Positions 52,673-64,000 of a stretch of DNA of 64,000 nt are shown one piece after another. The notes beneath the pieces are model-generated. The model had not been told where the DNA came from and made no database searches. It worked only from the letters and a program-made list of their open reading frames with translations. This DNA comes from Octopus vulgaris (Eukaryota): NCBI GenBank assembly GCA_951406725.2, contig OX597822.1:66464001-66528000 (forward strand), written 5' to 3'. Both the position numbers and the translations under genes were made by a program. The stretch's first letter is position 1. Each line of letters begins with the position of its first letter.

Positions 52673-52911
52673 AATAGAATTGAAAATTAGCAAGATGTTT
52701 ATAATCAATGGCATGAAACTCTCTCTGATGTTAGTATCAAAGAGAGAACGATGGTATCATTACTTTTATGTGAGAAATCACCTTAATTTTTTATATTTCC
52801 AAAGATAAAAAATATGGACATTTCACATGAATTCGCATGCCTACGGTTGTGGGAAGGTGGTTATTCACCTTCATAGTTCCCCGTGATTTCATTAAATGAA
52901 ATAGTTTTGCT

Positions 52912-53113
52912 TTTTATTTGCTTCAATCATTAGGCTGCAGGCATGCTGAGGTATCGATTTGAAGAATTTTTGTCGAAGAAATCGATCCCAATACTTTTTT
53001 TTTTTCAAACCGGACACTTTTTGTACTGGTCTGTCTTGCCGAACTTACAGTAAAATAAACACCACAACACCGCTTGTGAAACTATGGTGGATGATAAACT
53101 CAGACACAAAGAC

Positions 53114-53146
<33 letters not shown>

Positions 53147-53214
53147 TGTATGTATGTATGTATGTATGTATGTACGTACGTACGTATGCATGTATGTATG
53201 TATGTATGTATGTA

Positions 53215-53272
<58 letters not shown>

Positions 53273-53425
53273 ATGGGCTTCTTTCTATTTCCGCTTACCA
53301 AATACACTGAAAATGCTTTGATCGGAGCGAGACTATAGTAGAACACTCTTGCCCAAAATGTCACGTTGAGACTGAACCAGAAGCCATATTTTGGAAAAGC
53401 AAACTTCTTAATACACAGCCACGCT
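52912..53425 (-). mobile_element. SINE family A, decayed
   Basis: Reverse match with internal (TATG)n/(TA)n, ending ACACAGCCACGC. Confidence 0.7.
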
Positions 53426-54204
53426 TGAGCTGCACTAGTGACGTTTCAATTTTATGATTTCTAATTAAATTAAATACGCAGCCAATGTCACCGGTATTCA
53501 AAAATAATAATATGAGAATAAGAATATTAATCACATATGTCTAGAACATATATAAAGCTTCCATTAGATCTCAATAGTTCTGTGTTTAACACCTATGCTT
53601 CTAAATTGAAATATTCGTTAGAAGATACCAAAGACGGTTAGATTTATTTGGATTGGGTGAAATTTCCAAACGCGCAAGAACGATAGCCGAATCGATTGCT
53701 TCCTATCCTAATTCATAGAAACCGGTCAATTGAAATACAATGTATAATGCAACACACACCACCAAATACTTGTGTGTATGCGTTTCTACAGGTGTGTTTC
53801 TGTGTATCAAAGTAATCTTAACATCAAATTTATTCTCGTCTAAGCACCTTAGGGCAGCTCTAGTGAACAATATATATAATCAAATGATTTCAAAATATTG
53901 CCATCATTTTTTTTTGCCATGCATTACATATATGTACAATTATGATATCCAATGTATATTTCAACTTTGAAACTTCTCTACGAATAGCAGTACTTATATC
54001 AGAAGGAGCAAAAACATACAGACTTCTCATTTGGCTGGTATACATCAAATTACGTCTCATTCACAGAATCTGTAGCGTTAAATTAGATATTACTATTTTT
54101 AATGGAATACGGATCTTTGCAAATGGCATTTTTGTCTATAATGAGGAGAGGATGGAAATGTTACGCTAGATCTGAAGAATTTTCTAGCAATAAATACGTA
54201 CCTA

Positions 54205-54520
54205 ATATCTTGTTTTCAAGTCGTGGAACAAGACTAGAAATGTTGGTGGTGGGGGCAGGTCGATAACATTGATCTCACTGATCAACTAGTACTCATATTA
54301 TCCACCCACGAAACGATGAAAGGCAAGGTTTAACCTTAGTGGAATTTGACCTCAGAACACAGATGAACAAAATATCGCTAAACACTTTGTTAAAGATTCC
54401 GCCACATTATCGCATTTACTTGCCTAATATATTCGCTTCAGATTTTGACCCAAGACCAGCAACTTCGCGAGTGAGCGTAAGTTGATTACATAAACCCCAG
54501 TGTTCAACTGCTATTTATTT
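54205..54520 (-). mobile_element. Decayed SINE family B copies
   Basis: GATGAAAGGCAAGGTT..GGAATTTGACCTCAGAAC and ACCCCAGTGTTCAACTG. Confidence 0.55.
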
Positions 54521-54777
54521 TGTCTATAATATTTTTGGGCGCGTACATAAAGAACCATTGGCAAATAACCACGTTATAGCTGCTTACGTCAAACCTAATG
54601 CTTTTCTGATATTCATATTATCGATTTTCATACCATTATTTTGAGCTTACTTCTCCAGATTCTGAACACGCAATGTAGACTAACGTAGCTTATAATCCTA
54701 CAATATTTTTAATTTCTCTCTACTTGTCTCATCCACAACATTCAGTTTCTTGGTATTAATTGAACAACTTGTATTTA

Positions 54778-55342
54778 TTGGGTTGTCCGGAAAGTTCGTA
54801 CTGATTTATAGTAGCTTAGTTTTCCACTTATTTTAGAACATGGTTGAGTACATGAATTAGGATTTGCCTACAACTTCATTTAGATCACAGGTTAAGCTAT
54901 TTTTTCGTGGAAGAAGGTTCATGTTCCTATAACCTGTGTTAATTCTGTAACCCTTTAAATTGGAAGATAAGAAATTCATTTTCGCCACTTGATGCTTTGG
55001 GAACCAGACAAAAATGGCTGCAGCTCGGCTGGGATGTATTACCCCACCCTCCATATTCACCAGATATTGCACCTTCGGATTTCCACTTATTCAGGTCTCT
55101 GCAGAATAGTCTTAATGGTAAAAATGTCAATTACTTGGATGATGCAGAAAGACACCTTGATGAATTCTTTGCCAGGAAACCACCTCAATTCTGGGAAGAG
55201 AGTATTTTCAAGTTAAAGGAAAAATGGAGACGCATTGTGCAACAAAATGGTTCATATTTGGTTGATTAAAAATGTAATGGCAAGTATTTATTGACCTTTT
55301 TCATTCCTTTAAAAATCGGCACGAACTTTCCGGACAACTCAA
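54778..55342 (+). mobile_element. Non-autonomous mariner with both TIRs and transposase C-terminus
   Basis: TIRs TTGGGTTGTCCGGAAAGTTCGT ... ACGAACTTTCCGGACAACTCAA with TA flanks. ORF 54997-55269: WDVLPHPPYSPDIAPSDFHLFRSLQN...KWRRIVQQNGSY. Confidence 0.92.
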
Positions 55343-55899
55343 TATAATGTGTATCATAAAACTAGAATTATTATCACAGACATTGAAATCAAACTCTCTT
55401 GTGCGCTATATAATATAAATAATATTTTACCCCGCATTTTGACACATAATCTAAAATGTTAGAAGATATTATTTTGAATATTTTACATAGTTAAATCAAG
55501 ACAATTAGTTTTGTACAGATTTTTCTAGTTATGTTTCCTCTACATTAGCTCTATTTAAACAAACCCATGATTAAAATTATTCACCCATGACCATCTTATC
55601 GTTTATTCAGAGATTCTATAGACTAAATAATGTTATCCATCTTCTTCTGTTTTATGGTAGTTACATGGCAGATATCAGGGCTATTGCTTAGCGAACTGAA
55701 TGATCCGTAATAGTCACTCCCTTCATTCGAACATCTTAGCTTCCAATTAAAAGTTTCTTGCTTCTCTAAAATTAATAAGAATTCTTACAATTAATTTGTT
55801 TCCTGCGTGCGAAACCACCACCTACTAGTACATTATTGAAGAAATTTAAATATCTTTTCCATATTTACCCTTTTTGGATGACTTCCAGAAATACTCATT

Positions 55900-56420
55900 A
55901 TTTATAAGGAATTGGAATTGTTTGGATGTTGACCTGTTGATCCACACATTTCTTTCAACCGGTTGTTGATTGTATATTTTCCTTTCTGTCAAATAAATCT
56001 TTCAAAATTTAACATCGTAAATTCACACATGCTAACAACTTTTCAATAAGACTGACAATTCCGAACACAAATGAAGGAGTTTGATTTATTTTGGAAGGCA
56101 TCAGTAATGTTACGCCGTATTTGGGCATATCTTCTAAATTCATGACAAGTGGGTGGCATGACCTATAAATATAAAGCAATGGAATGTTGTATGTGATAAC
56201 AAGTTGTTCAGCGAACAAGGCTGTTCGTGGTGTCAATTAAAAATGAAGCACGTCTGCTGTATAACAAGATCTCTCTTAGAACAAAGTGTGGTCTTGAGAA
56301 AACTTGTTAAGAGTTTAATTATTTATGAAAATCTGACACCACTGAATGACGTCGTGAATCTTAGTTTTCATCAAATAAGAAATATTTCTACTCAGAGAAG
56401 ATAGATTATCGTAGAGGTAG
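55900..56420 (-). mobile_element. Possible decayed piggyBac transposase remnant
   Basis: EQLV...YRSCHPLVMNLEDMPKYGV weakly recalls DEQLV.FRGRC.F.MY.P.KP.KYGIK; upstream SRN...LRF-like segment. Confidence 0.3.
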
Positions 56421-56774
56421 TTAATAAATTTGGTTCTGAAATCATTGTTTTACAGCTTGTTTCGAGACGTAAAATATGCTTTTATTTAGAATGGCGCTTC
56501 CAGCATTTTATTTCCATACACTTCAACCCTCATAGAATCACACAAGCCATAAGCGCAGGCGTGTACACACACACAAACTCACACATGTGTATAAATGTAA
56601 AGACATAGACTTTAGTAGTTAGTGTAATTGACTCATGATCATAAAGTCGTGCGTTCGATTCCTCGAACTGTGACGGTATTGTGTGATACTTCATTTCATG
56701 TTGCCTTACTAATGCAGAACTTACATACATACATACATTCATACATTTATACATACATACATACATACATACTT

Positions 56775-57430
56775 CCCTAAGACTAATTATGAGTCCAAAA
56801 TGTACAAAATTAGTGAAAAAGCTGTCCATTATATGTTGCATATATTCTACTGAGTGTGCCGAAACATCATCAGCGGAAAGCGATTCTGTGACAATTGTTT
56901 TGAAAGTATTTGCTTTGCAATTAAACCGGGTTAAAATTAAAAATGCGACAAGATATCCGAAATCTGATTCAGATTCTCCTGTTGCCTTCCTTGAAGGCAT
57001 ATCAAAGCAATGCAGCAAAATAAATAGAGAAAAGTGCAGGGGCAGGAATATCTCCCTGTTTGACGCTATTGTTCACCAAAAGTTCGCGTGAAAGCTCAGC
57101 ATTAAAGACTACCTGAGCCGTCGTGCTTCTATGTAGTTTCTTAAAGATGCGTACAGAATGTGTTGGGCAACAAAGTTTAAACAAACCAATCCCCAGCGCC
57201 TCACAGAAAATATATCCATAGTTCCTTGTACAATTCTGAAACCACGTTGGTCATCTGGATCGCATATGGACACACATTTTCAACGAGACAATATAACATG
57301 AACCTTGAAAGTATCTTCCCGGTATGTGCCAGGAGAGTTATTCCTCTAGAATTACGACAAATGATTTTGGGCCCTTACCCTAGTACATACAGATTACAAT
57401 GCCATTTATGCATTCATGTGGCACAGCAGC
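56775..57430 (-). mobile_element. RTE-BovB-like LINE RT fragment
   Basis: CRNSRGITLL..GKIL, KLCCPTHSVRIFKKLH, VKQGDIPAPALFSIYFAALL, LSADD..AHSVEYMQHIMDSF..FGLIISL. Confidence 0.85.
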
Positions 57431-58399
57431 TTCATTCCAAACACGGATGATCAGGCTATGTATTTTAGATAAAATATGAAACCCACCACTCTGCTATCAG
57501 AATTTCCACTGGACTACCGTGCAATCTAGGACCTCTATCTGATCTCAATATATGTAATGCCAAATTTACTTCTTCACCTGAAGGTGTATTGTTCATGTGC
57601 TGCAGTACTCTCTTTGCGGTATTTTATTTATGATATCCATGTTTACAACAGAAAGACTGTGGAAAAGATCTGCAAAGTTTTCTTTCCATATATGCATACA
57701 TACATACATACATACATACATACATACATACATACATACATACATACATACATACATACATACATACGTACATACATATATACGATATCGCGGACTTTAT
57801 ACAATTTTGCCAGACTTTCTTCAGACCTAAATGATGACGGTTAAAACAGAATGTTTTCATTCACAACCCTGCTACAAGGTATGTGGCCGATCAAAACTTA
57901 CTCTGAACTTAAGACAAGAAAGAAAAGAACATACATACATATGTGTGCTTTGTGTGCTTCGGGTGTGTGCATAGGATTGTCTGTATGTATATCAGAGATA
58001 TATTAAATAGGTTAACTTATGTCAATACTAAACATACATTCAATCATTCTCTCTTTCGACAAAGTCAGTGTCCATATCGATTTTTCACCTATAGCGTATT
58101 GTACACATTAAATGTTTAATTAATTTCACGCACTATAAATTCACCATTTCCAGTAAGGATGCAAATTATTAATATGAATGAATCTAATTTGAAGCGATGG
58201 TTATAAACGCAAGCGAAATTACTACAGGGTATGTTCATTCAATAGAAAATGCAACACAATGAACGATTACCAACAAAGTTTGTGACAATGTTTTTAAAAT
58301 AAACCCTCTACAAAGTCTCAAACAACCAGGTACGTATCAGTGACCTAATGTGCGGGATATATCTACAGAAATGTATATATACACATCACAAATCTACTC

Positions 58400-58822
58400 T
58401 ATTTCTTACTTATTTATTGCCCACAAGGAGGTAAACGTAAAGGAGACAAACAAGGACAGACAAAGCGATTAAGTCGATTACCTCGACAACAGTGCGTAAC
58501 TGGTACTTAATTTATCGGCCCCGAAAGGATGAACGCCAAAGTCGACCTCGGCCGAATTTGAACTCAGAACGTAGTTGCAGAAGAAATACCTATTTCTTTA
58601 CTACCCACAAGGGGCTAAACACATACGGGACAAACAAGGACAGGCAGACGGATTAAGTCGATTATATCGACCCCAGTACGTAACTGGTACTTATTTAATC
58701 GACCCCGAAATGATGAAAGGCAAAGTCGACCTCGGCGGAATTTGAACTCAGAACGTAACGGCAGACGAAATACTGCTAAGCATTTCGCCCGGTGCGCTAA
58801 CGTTTCTGCCTGATCGCCGCCT
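58400..58822 (-). mobile_element. Tandem dimer of SINE family B
   Basis: Two units joined at CAGAAGAAATACCTATTTCTTTAC; the second ends TCTGCCTGATCGCCGCC. Confidence 0.85.
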
Positions 58823-58997
58823 GTGAATTGGCAGAAACTACTCTATTTCTGATAAGTGCTGTGAAAGAATGCTGAAATTTTACATGTTGTACATGAATGC
58901 TCATTCACTGGAAATTTATGACGTTGCCAATTTAGGCTACGGTTAATATGGGCCTTCAATGTCATATACAAGAACCTGACTAAGTAGTACATATTTT

Positions 58998-59346
58998 CTT
59001 TTCCTTGTTTCAGTCATTAGACAGTGGCCAAGCTGGAGTACCACTTTGAAATATTTACTTGAAACCATGCAGCCCGGGTACTTATATTTCTAAAATGTGG
59101 TACTTAGCCTGTCAAACCCTTTTCTTGAGCCGCTAAGTTACAAATCAAAATCAGATGTCAAACACAAACCCACATAAATATATGTATAATGTGATTCTAT
59201 ATAGATTATTTCTATAAAATTACCTCACAAGATATTCATCAGCATGAGACTATAGCAAGATATACCTGCCCATTCTACTGTGCAGTGAGGCTAAAACCGA
59301 AACCACAGTGTAATAAAGTATGTTAGTTAATTATACAGCCATACCT
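58998..59346 (-). mobile_element. SINE family A, decayed
   Basis: CTTGTTTCAGTCATT..GCTGGAGTACC..CCGCTAAGTTAC..ACAGCCATACC. Confidence 0.55.
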
Positions 59347-59467
59347 GTAAAAACAAAACATTTTTCTCAGTATTTTACTTAGAAAAATATTCTGAGTTCA
59401 TATATTTCTACAATTTCTTTACAAAAATATTTGTGTAGATGTAGCCTCACACTTACCATGTGTGACT

Positions 59468-59549
59468 CGTTTAATGCGCTTCGTTTAAGGCGCTTCGTTT
59501 TAGGCGCTTCGTTTAAGGCGCTTCGTTTTAGGCGCTTCGTTTAATGCGC
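59468..59549. repeat. 14-bp minisatellite, about six copies
   Basis: Unit CGTTT(A/T)A(G/T)GCGCTT. Confidence 0.9.
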
Positions 59550-60205
59550 GTGTCAATGTGAATGTGTGTATGTGGGCATACATTCATATATATGAATGTG
59601 TGGGTGTGTACGTGTGAATGTCAATGTGCCTCTGTGTGAATATGTGTGTGTGCATGTAAATGGGTACATAAGTGAGTGTGCGTGTGTGTGTGTGTGAGAG
59701 GGAGAGAGAGAGAGAGAGAGAGAGAGTATGTGTGTGTGGAATGGGGGTTCTCCGGGCTCCAGACAGGTGATGACAATGATTTAAAAACAGTTTACTGCTA
59801 TCTTTATAAATTTCGACCTCATTTCACCAGAGACTGGAATTCTGAAACGTGACCAACTGGTTTAATAAAATATATTGATGACAACGGTGTGATGATAGCT
59901 GCGCTATATGACACGGACTACTGTAAACAATAAGGACCACACACGCCACAAGAATTACACGAAAAGCTTCATACTAGAATTAACCATACTTCAAAAATAC
60001 ATACACATAAGCACCAGAGAAACGCTGACATTAATTCACACAATCTGTACGAATTCACGTATATATTATACATATAGATAGGAACAGATAATTAGTTGTA
60101 ACAAATAAAAATAATAAAAGCATGCAAGCTTACACAGTATTACTAACGCAAAACCTTTTAGGATTAGATTGATGTATGACATTATATGTATATACATATG
60201 TATGT

Positions 60206-60286
<81 letters not shown>

Positions 60287-60303
60287 CCTACATATGTGTA
60301 TAT

Positions 60304-60372
<69 letters not shown>

Positions 60373-60819
60373 ATAGATACATATATATACATATATATAC
60401 ACTGTATACACACACACTTAAATAATAGTGAACAAACTAGAGAGGAAATATGTTGAGAGGTACGTCACGTGAGCAACCATAAAAATATAAATAAACAGAT
60501 TGCTTAGATAACTACATATATTTCAGCGGACACAATCAATGGAAATCCCTTGGCCTGCTAGATGTGATGATTATTAACACATCCTTTCACGCATATATGT
60601 ATGCGTTTGTGTGTGTGTTTGTGTGACTGTGTGTGTGTGTGGGGGGGTGTATCCATGTACACAACCATAATAGTCGCTGTACAAGTTTAAAATCGCGCAT
60701 CCACGAATATAGACACATATCACCGCAAGCTTCCAAGAGTTATCTCCTACAAATAGAAGACAGGAATATTGACTGTTCTCAGATTTTAAGCATTAACCCC
60801 CACTATCTATCTTCCCCCC

Positions 60820-60851
<32 letters not shown>

Positions 60852-61567
60852 GACACACACACACACAAACACACACATGTACACAATACAGTCATACACA
60901 CATTAATCTGTATAGACTTACGTATATGATTTGTAAAGTAATGTTTGTCTGGGAACATATGTGTGCTTGTATCTGCGTGTGCGTAGATATATATATATGT
61001 ATGTATGTATGTATCTATGTATCTATGTATGTATATGTGTGTGCGCTAATATATCTCTATTTCGTTCTCAGATCCTCACACATCAAGATCTCAGACAGTT
61101 TCTAACAAAAGCGCAGTACAAGAAAAACAATAAAAGTGACAAAACAAGCGAATACAAAAACAACAGATTTTTACATACAAGCCCATCATTATACCAGTGT
61201 CACCGATATCGTTCAAACTGAAACATGCCTAATTTCACGTCCCTACTTACTACAATATTTACTTATGGCTGTCATGAAAAGGTGAAATGATAACATGATA
61301 ATATTCTGTGAGGGAACTGCTGAAACATACATGCATAAATACATACATACATACATATATACAACGTATATATGTGTGTATGTAAGTATGTATATATATA
61401 CAAAATTAAGAGGAATAACAACTAAAGTGGACACCTAATATGCTAAACATAGACGTCAAATCGCCATTACCACGAAGTATGTATTCTCAAGAGAAATCTC
61501 AGCAAAACGCCAAAATGTAAAAATGAGCGAGGCAAATGAAGATATACCAAATAAAAAACGATTGTTA

Positions 61568-61618
<51 letters not shown>

Positions 61619-61619
61619 C

Positions 61620-61885
61620 ACGACCGCAAGGTCATGATTTCGATTCATGGACTTGACGACAAGGCGTGTTCTTGAGCAGGAGACTTAATTTTCTTTGGAT
61701 CCATTCTAGTTTACTGAAAATAAATTTCGGTTGAGTGACATTGCAGCTTTCTTTTCCTCCAGGAATTATGCAGCATTTCAATGTATATGATTTGGCGAGT
61801 GGTGAGAGACCCGGGCTGGTGCCTTTGCCAGCTCTCGAATATATACGCGTCTGCACCAAAGCCATGGTATACTCTACCAAGCATA
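61620..61885 (+). mobile_element. Decayed tRNA-headed SINE
   Basis: CACGACCGCAAGGTC..TTCGATTC..GTGTTCTTGAGCAGGAGAC resembles the 17040 head. Confidence 0.5.
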
Positions 61886-63227
61886 TCTACATACATACAC
61901 AATACACTTGTGATTGATACGTGTGGTATATTTATTTATTCGTATTATTTGTGTTACATATATGTGTTTTACACTATGTCTCTCTCAAACTATTTTGAAA
62001 AGCAAATGCATTAATTTCGAGTGAATTATCTTTCAAGTTTGGGACATGGACTTGAATATATCTTTAAGGATTCCTGTAGGCCACTTCTTATCTGATTTTT
62101 GCTCCTATCCCGAATTTTTATACATACATATGCACATACACATCATGAAATGCAGGCTCTGCTACACCTTGGTAGATACGTTATATCCCGGTGTAGAAAG
62201 CTGAGATTTTGCTATTCTGGAACGGAGATAGTTACGAAATACTTCATAAGCGAAATAAAGAATCAAAGTTTACCCCAACCCCGTCACCATCACCACTGCA
62301 AAAAAACAATTAATGTCGATTATGCCATGATGTAGGTATTAACTATTTCCTCATCACCTGCTCAAGATTCCTTGCAAAGCAATGCCTTAGATTTAACAAA
62401 GGTAAGAAAAGCTCTAGGACTGAACATTTTGACACAAAACGAATGTTGATTCTTTCGAAATGGTAGATACCTCACGCACAATCACCATGCCCCCTAAAAT
62501 GACCGTAAAGTCGAACCTTCACTTGCGGCACAACATTGTTGTTAAAACCATCTAGAAGTGCAACATTGAAGGAGGATTATTGTGATAGGCTTAACAAAGA
62601 CACACTAAAACAAAATATAACTACAGCTTTAAAAGTGAGGAATATAGGTATGACATTGCAATAAAAATAGCAATACGGTACACATAAAGTATGTCTGATA
62701 TCATTCTCTGAGATAGGAGAGAAGTGAGTACAGCAGTATATCTTATTTACACAACGGCAATGAATGCCTCATCTAAACTGGAGAAATTAGGAGCATTTTT
62801 ATAAACCTTGGATAGACGTACAGGCATTATATAGGCTAAAGATTGTCGTTTGTACTGCAGTGTGTATAAAAGACGAGATCAGCGAGTATATGTCTAGGAA
62901 CCCAAAAACGACCGAGACGTAAATGGATATTTGACAGAGACCGAAACCAGTCTATTTCCCCTTCGGAGTGGCCATGGGGATCTGACTTTCTGCATGTCTA
63001 CACGACTGTCTACCTCACTGCCTCTCTGTCTGTCTGTTTTATAGGATTGTGTAATTGATACATTAAGATTACTTTGAGACTATTTTAACGTCGAAACATC
63101 GAAGTAACCATCAGTAATAGGCTTCAATATGTATACATAATTGCACACACAAGCACTCAATCATACAGACACACATATATACACACACGCATGCACACAC
63201 AAACACAAGCACATGCACACACACACA

Positions 63228-63276
<49 letters not shown>

Positions 63277-63460
63277 TCACTGAAAATGTAATGTACGTAT
63301 GTGTTATTTACTCTATGCAACCATATTCCAAACTATATAAAGTTACCATCAATCTGTTAATAGATTAGTGACTGAGTTAATAGATAAAGCTTCCATTGCT
63401 GAATACAGTATAAGACCACACAAGTCAGACATCAGAATATTTCTGTTTTATCACTCAACA

Positions 63461-63507
<47 letters not shown>

Positions 63508-64000
63508 CAACTTCCTTTCATTTTAATAAAATTCAGTCCATAGACGGAAGATGGAAGATACGAGAATATTTATTGTTCACTACAAATGTTTCGAGCCCAC
63601 CTAGAATCGATCCCTCAGGCGCAGAATACTTAACAACTGGTTTATGAGTATCCGTCGGTGTAGATATGGCTCCACAAGTGATTACAAGATGTATCTCGTT
63701 AACATAACGTCTCCGATCCACAAAGAACCAAATACACTATACAGCGAAAAAAAGTATAACTCTTAGTAGATATTTATGCATAAACTACCCCTCTTACGCT
63801 GTATGTCGCAGATACACTCTCTCGTAGAAGCTTACACGAAGATATACCCATAAGCACACACGTGGTTTCACGTATTTACGTTTAGGTATTTAAGGTAAAT
63901 TATGGTTATTAATTTGGGTTAACGATTATTCAAATTAATTCCCACTACATCGTGAGAAATTACATTTATTAGCGTAGAAGTATCTTCACAGTCTTTCAGA

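Noticed and set aside
54997-55269. SETMAR-like host gene exon
   Set aside because: Lies between mariner TIRs in a 565 bp deleted element; no SET domain.

Overview
AT-rich, microsatellite-dense animal genomic DNA. The SINE families and repeat landscape look like Octopus or another coleoid cephalopod (inference from recall, not searched). I cannot support any intact protein-coding gene: almost all listed ORFs are translations of (TA)n/(TAA)n/(TAC)n/(CA)n/(TATG)n tracts. The window is a mosaic of decayed transposons: tRNA-headed SINEs of at least three families, LINE fragments (RTE, RTE-BovB-like, R4/Dong, Tx1/L1, CR1/L2 group, I/Nimb-like), a Penelope-like GIY-YIG endonuclease, several mariner remnants and Tc/mariner MITEs. 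The most striking signal is catalytic RNA. At about 30.1-30.7 kb a ~220 bp direct repeat carries two identical minimal type I hammerhead ribozymes. They have the compensatory U3-A8 core (UUGACAA) and a palindromic helix III, are spaced 357 nt apart, and form a retrozyme-like unit. Also present: further hammerhead-like remnants, a candidate HDV-like ribozyme 5' of an R4/Dong RT fragment, a cluster of retroelements inserted in (TAA)n tracts, and many long fold-back palindromes, several beside (TA)n tracts.
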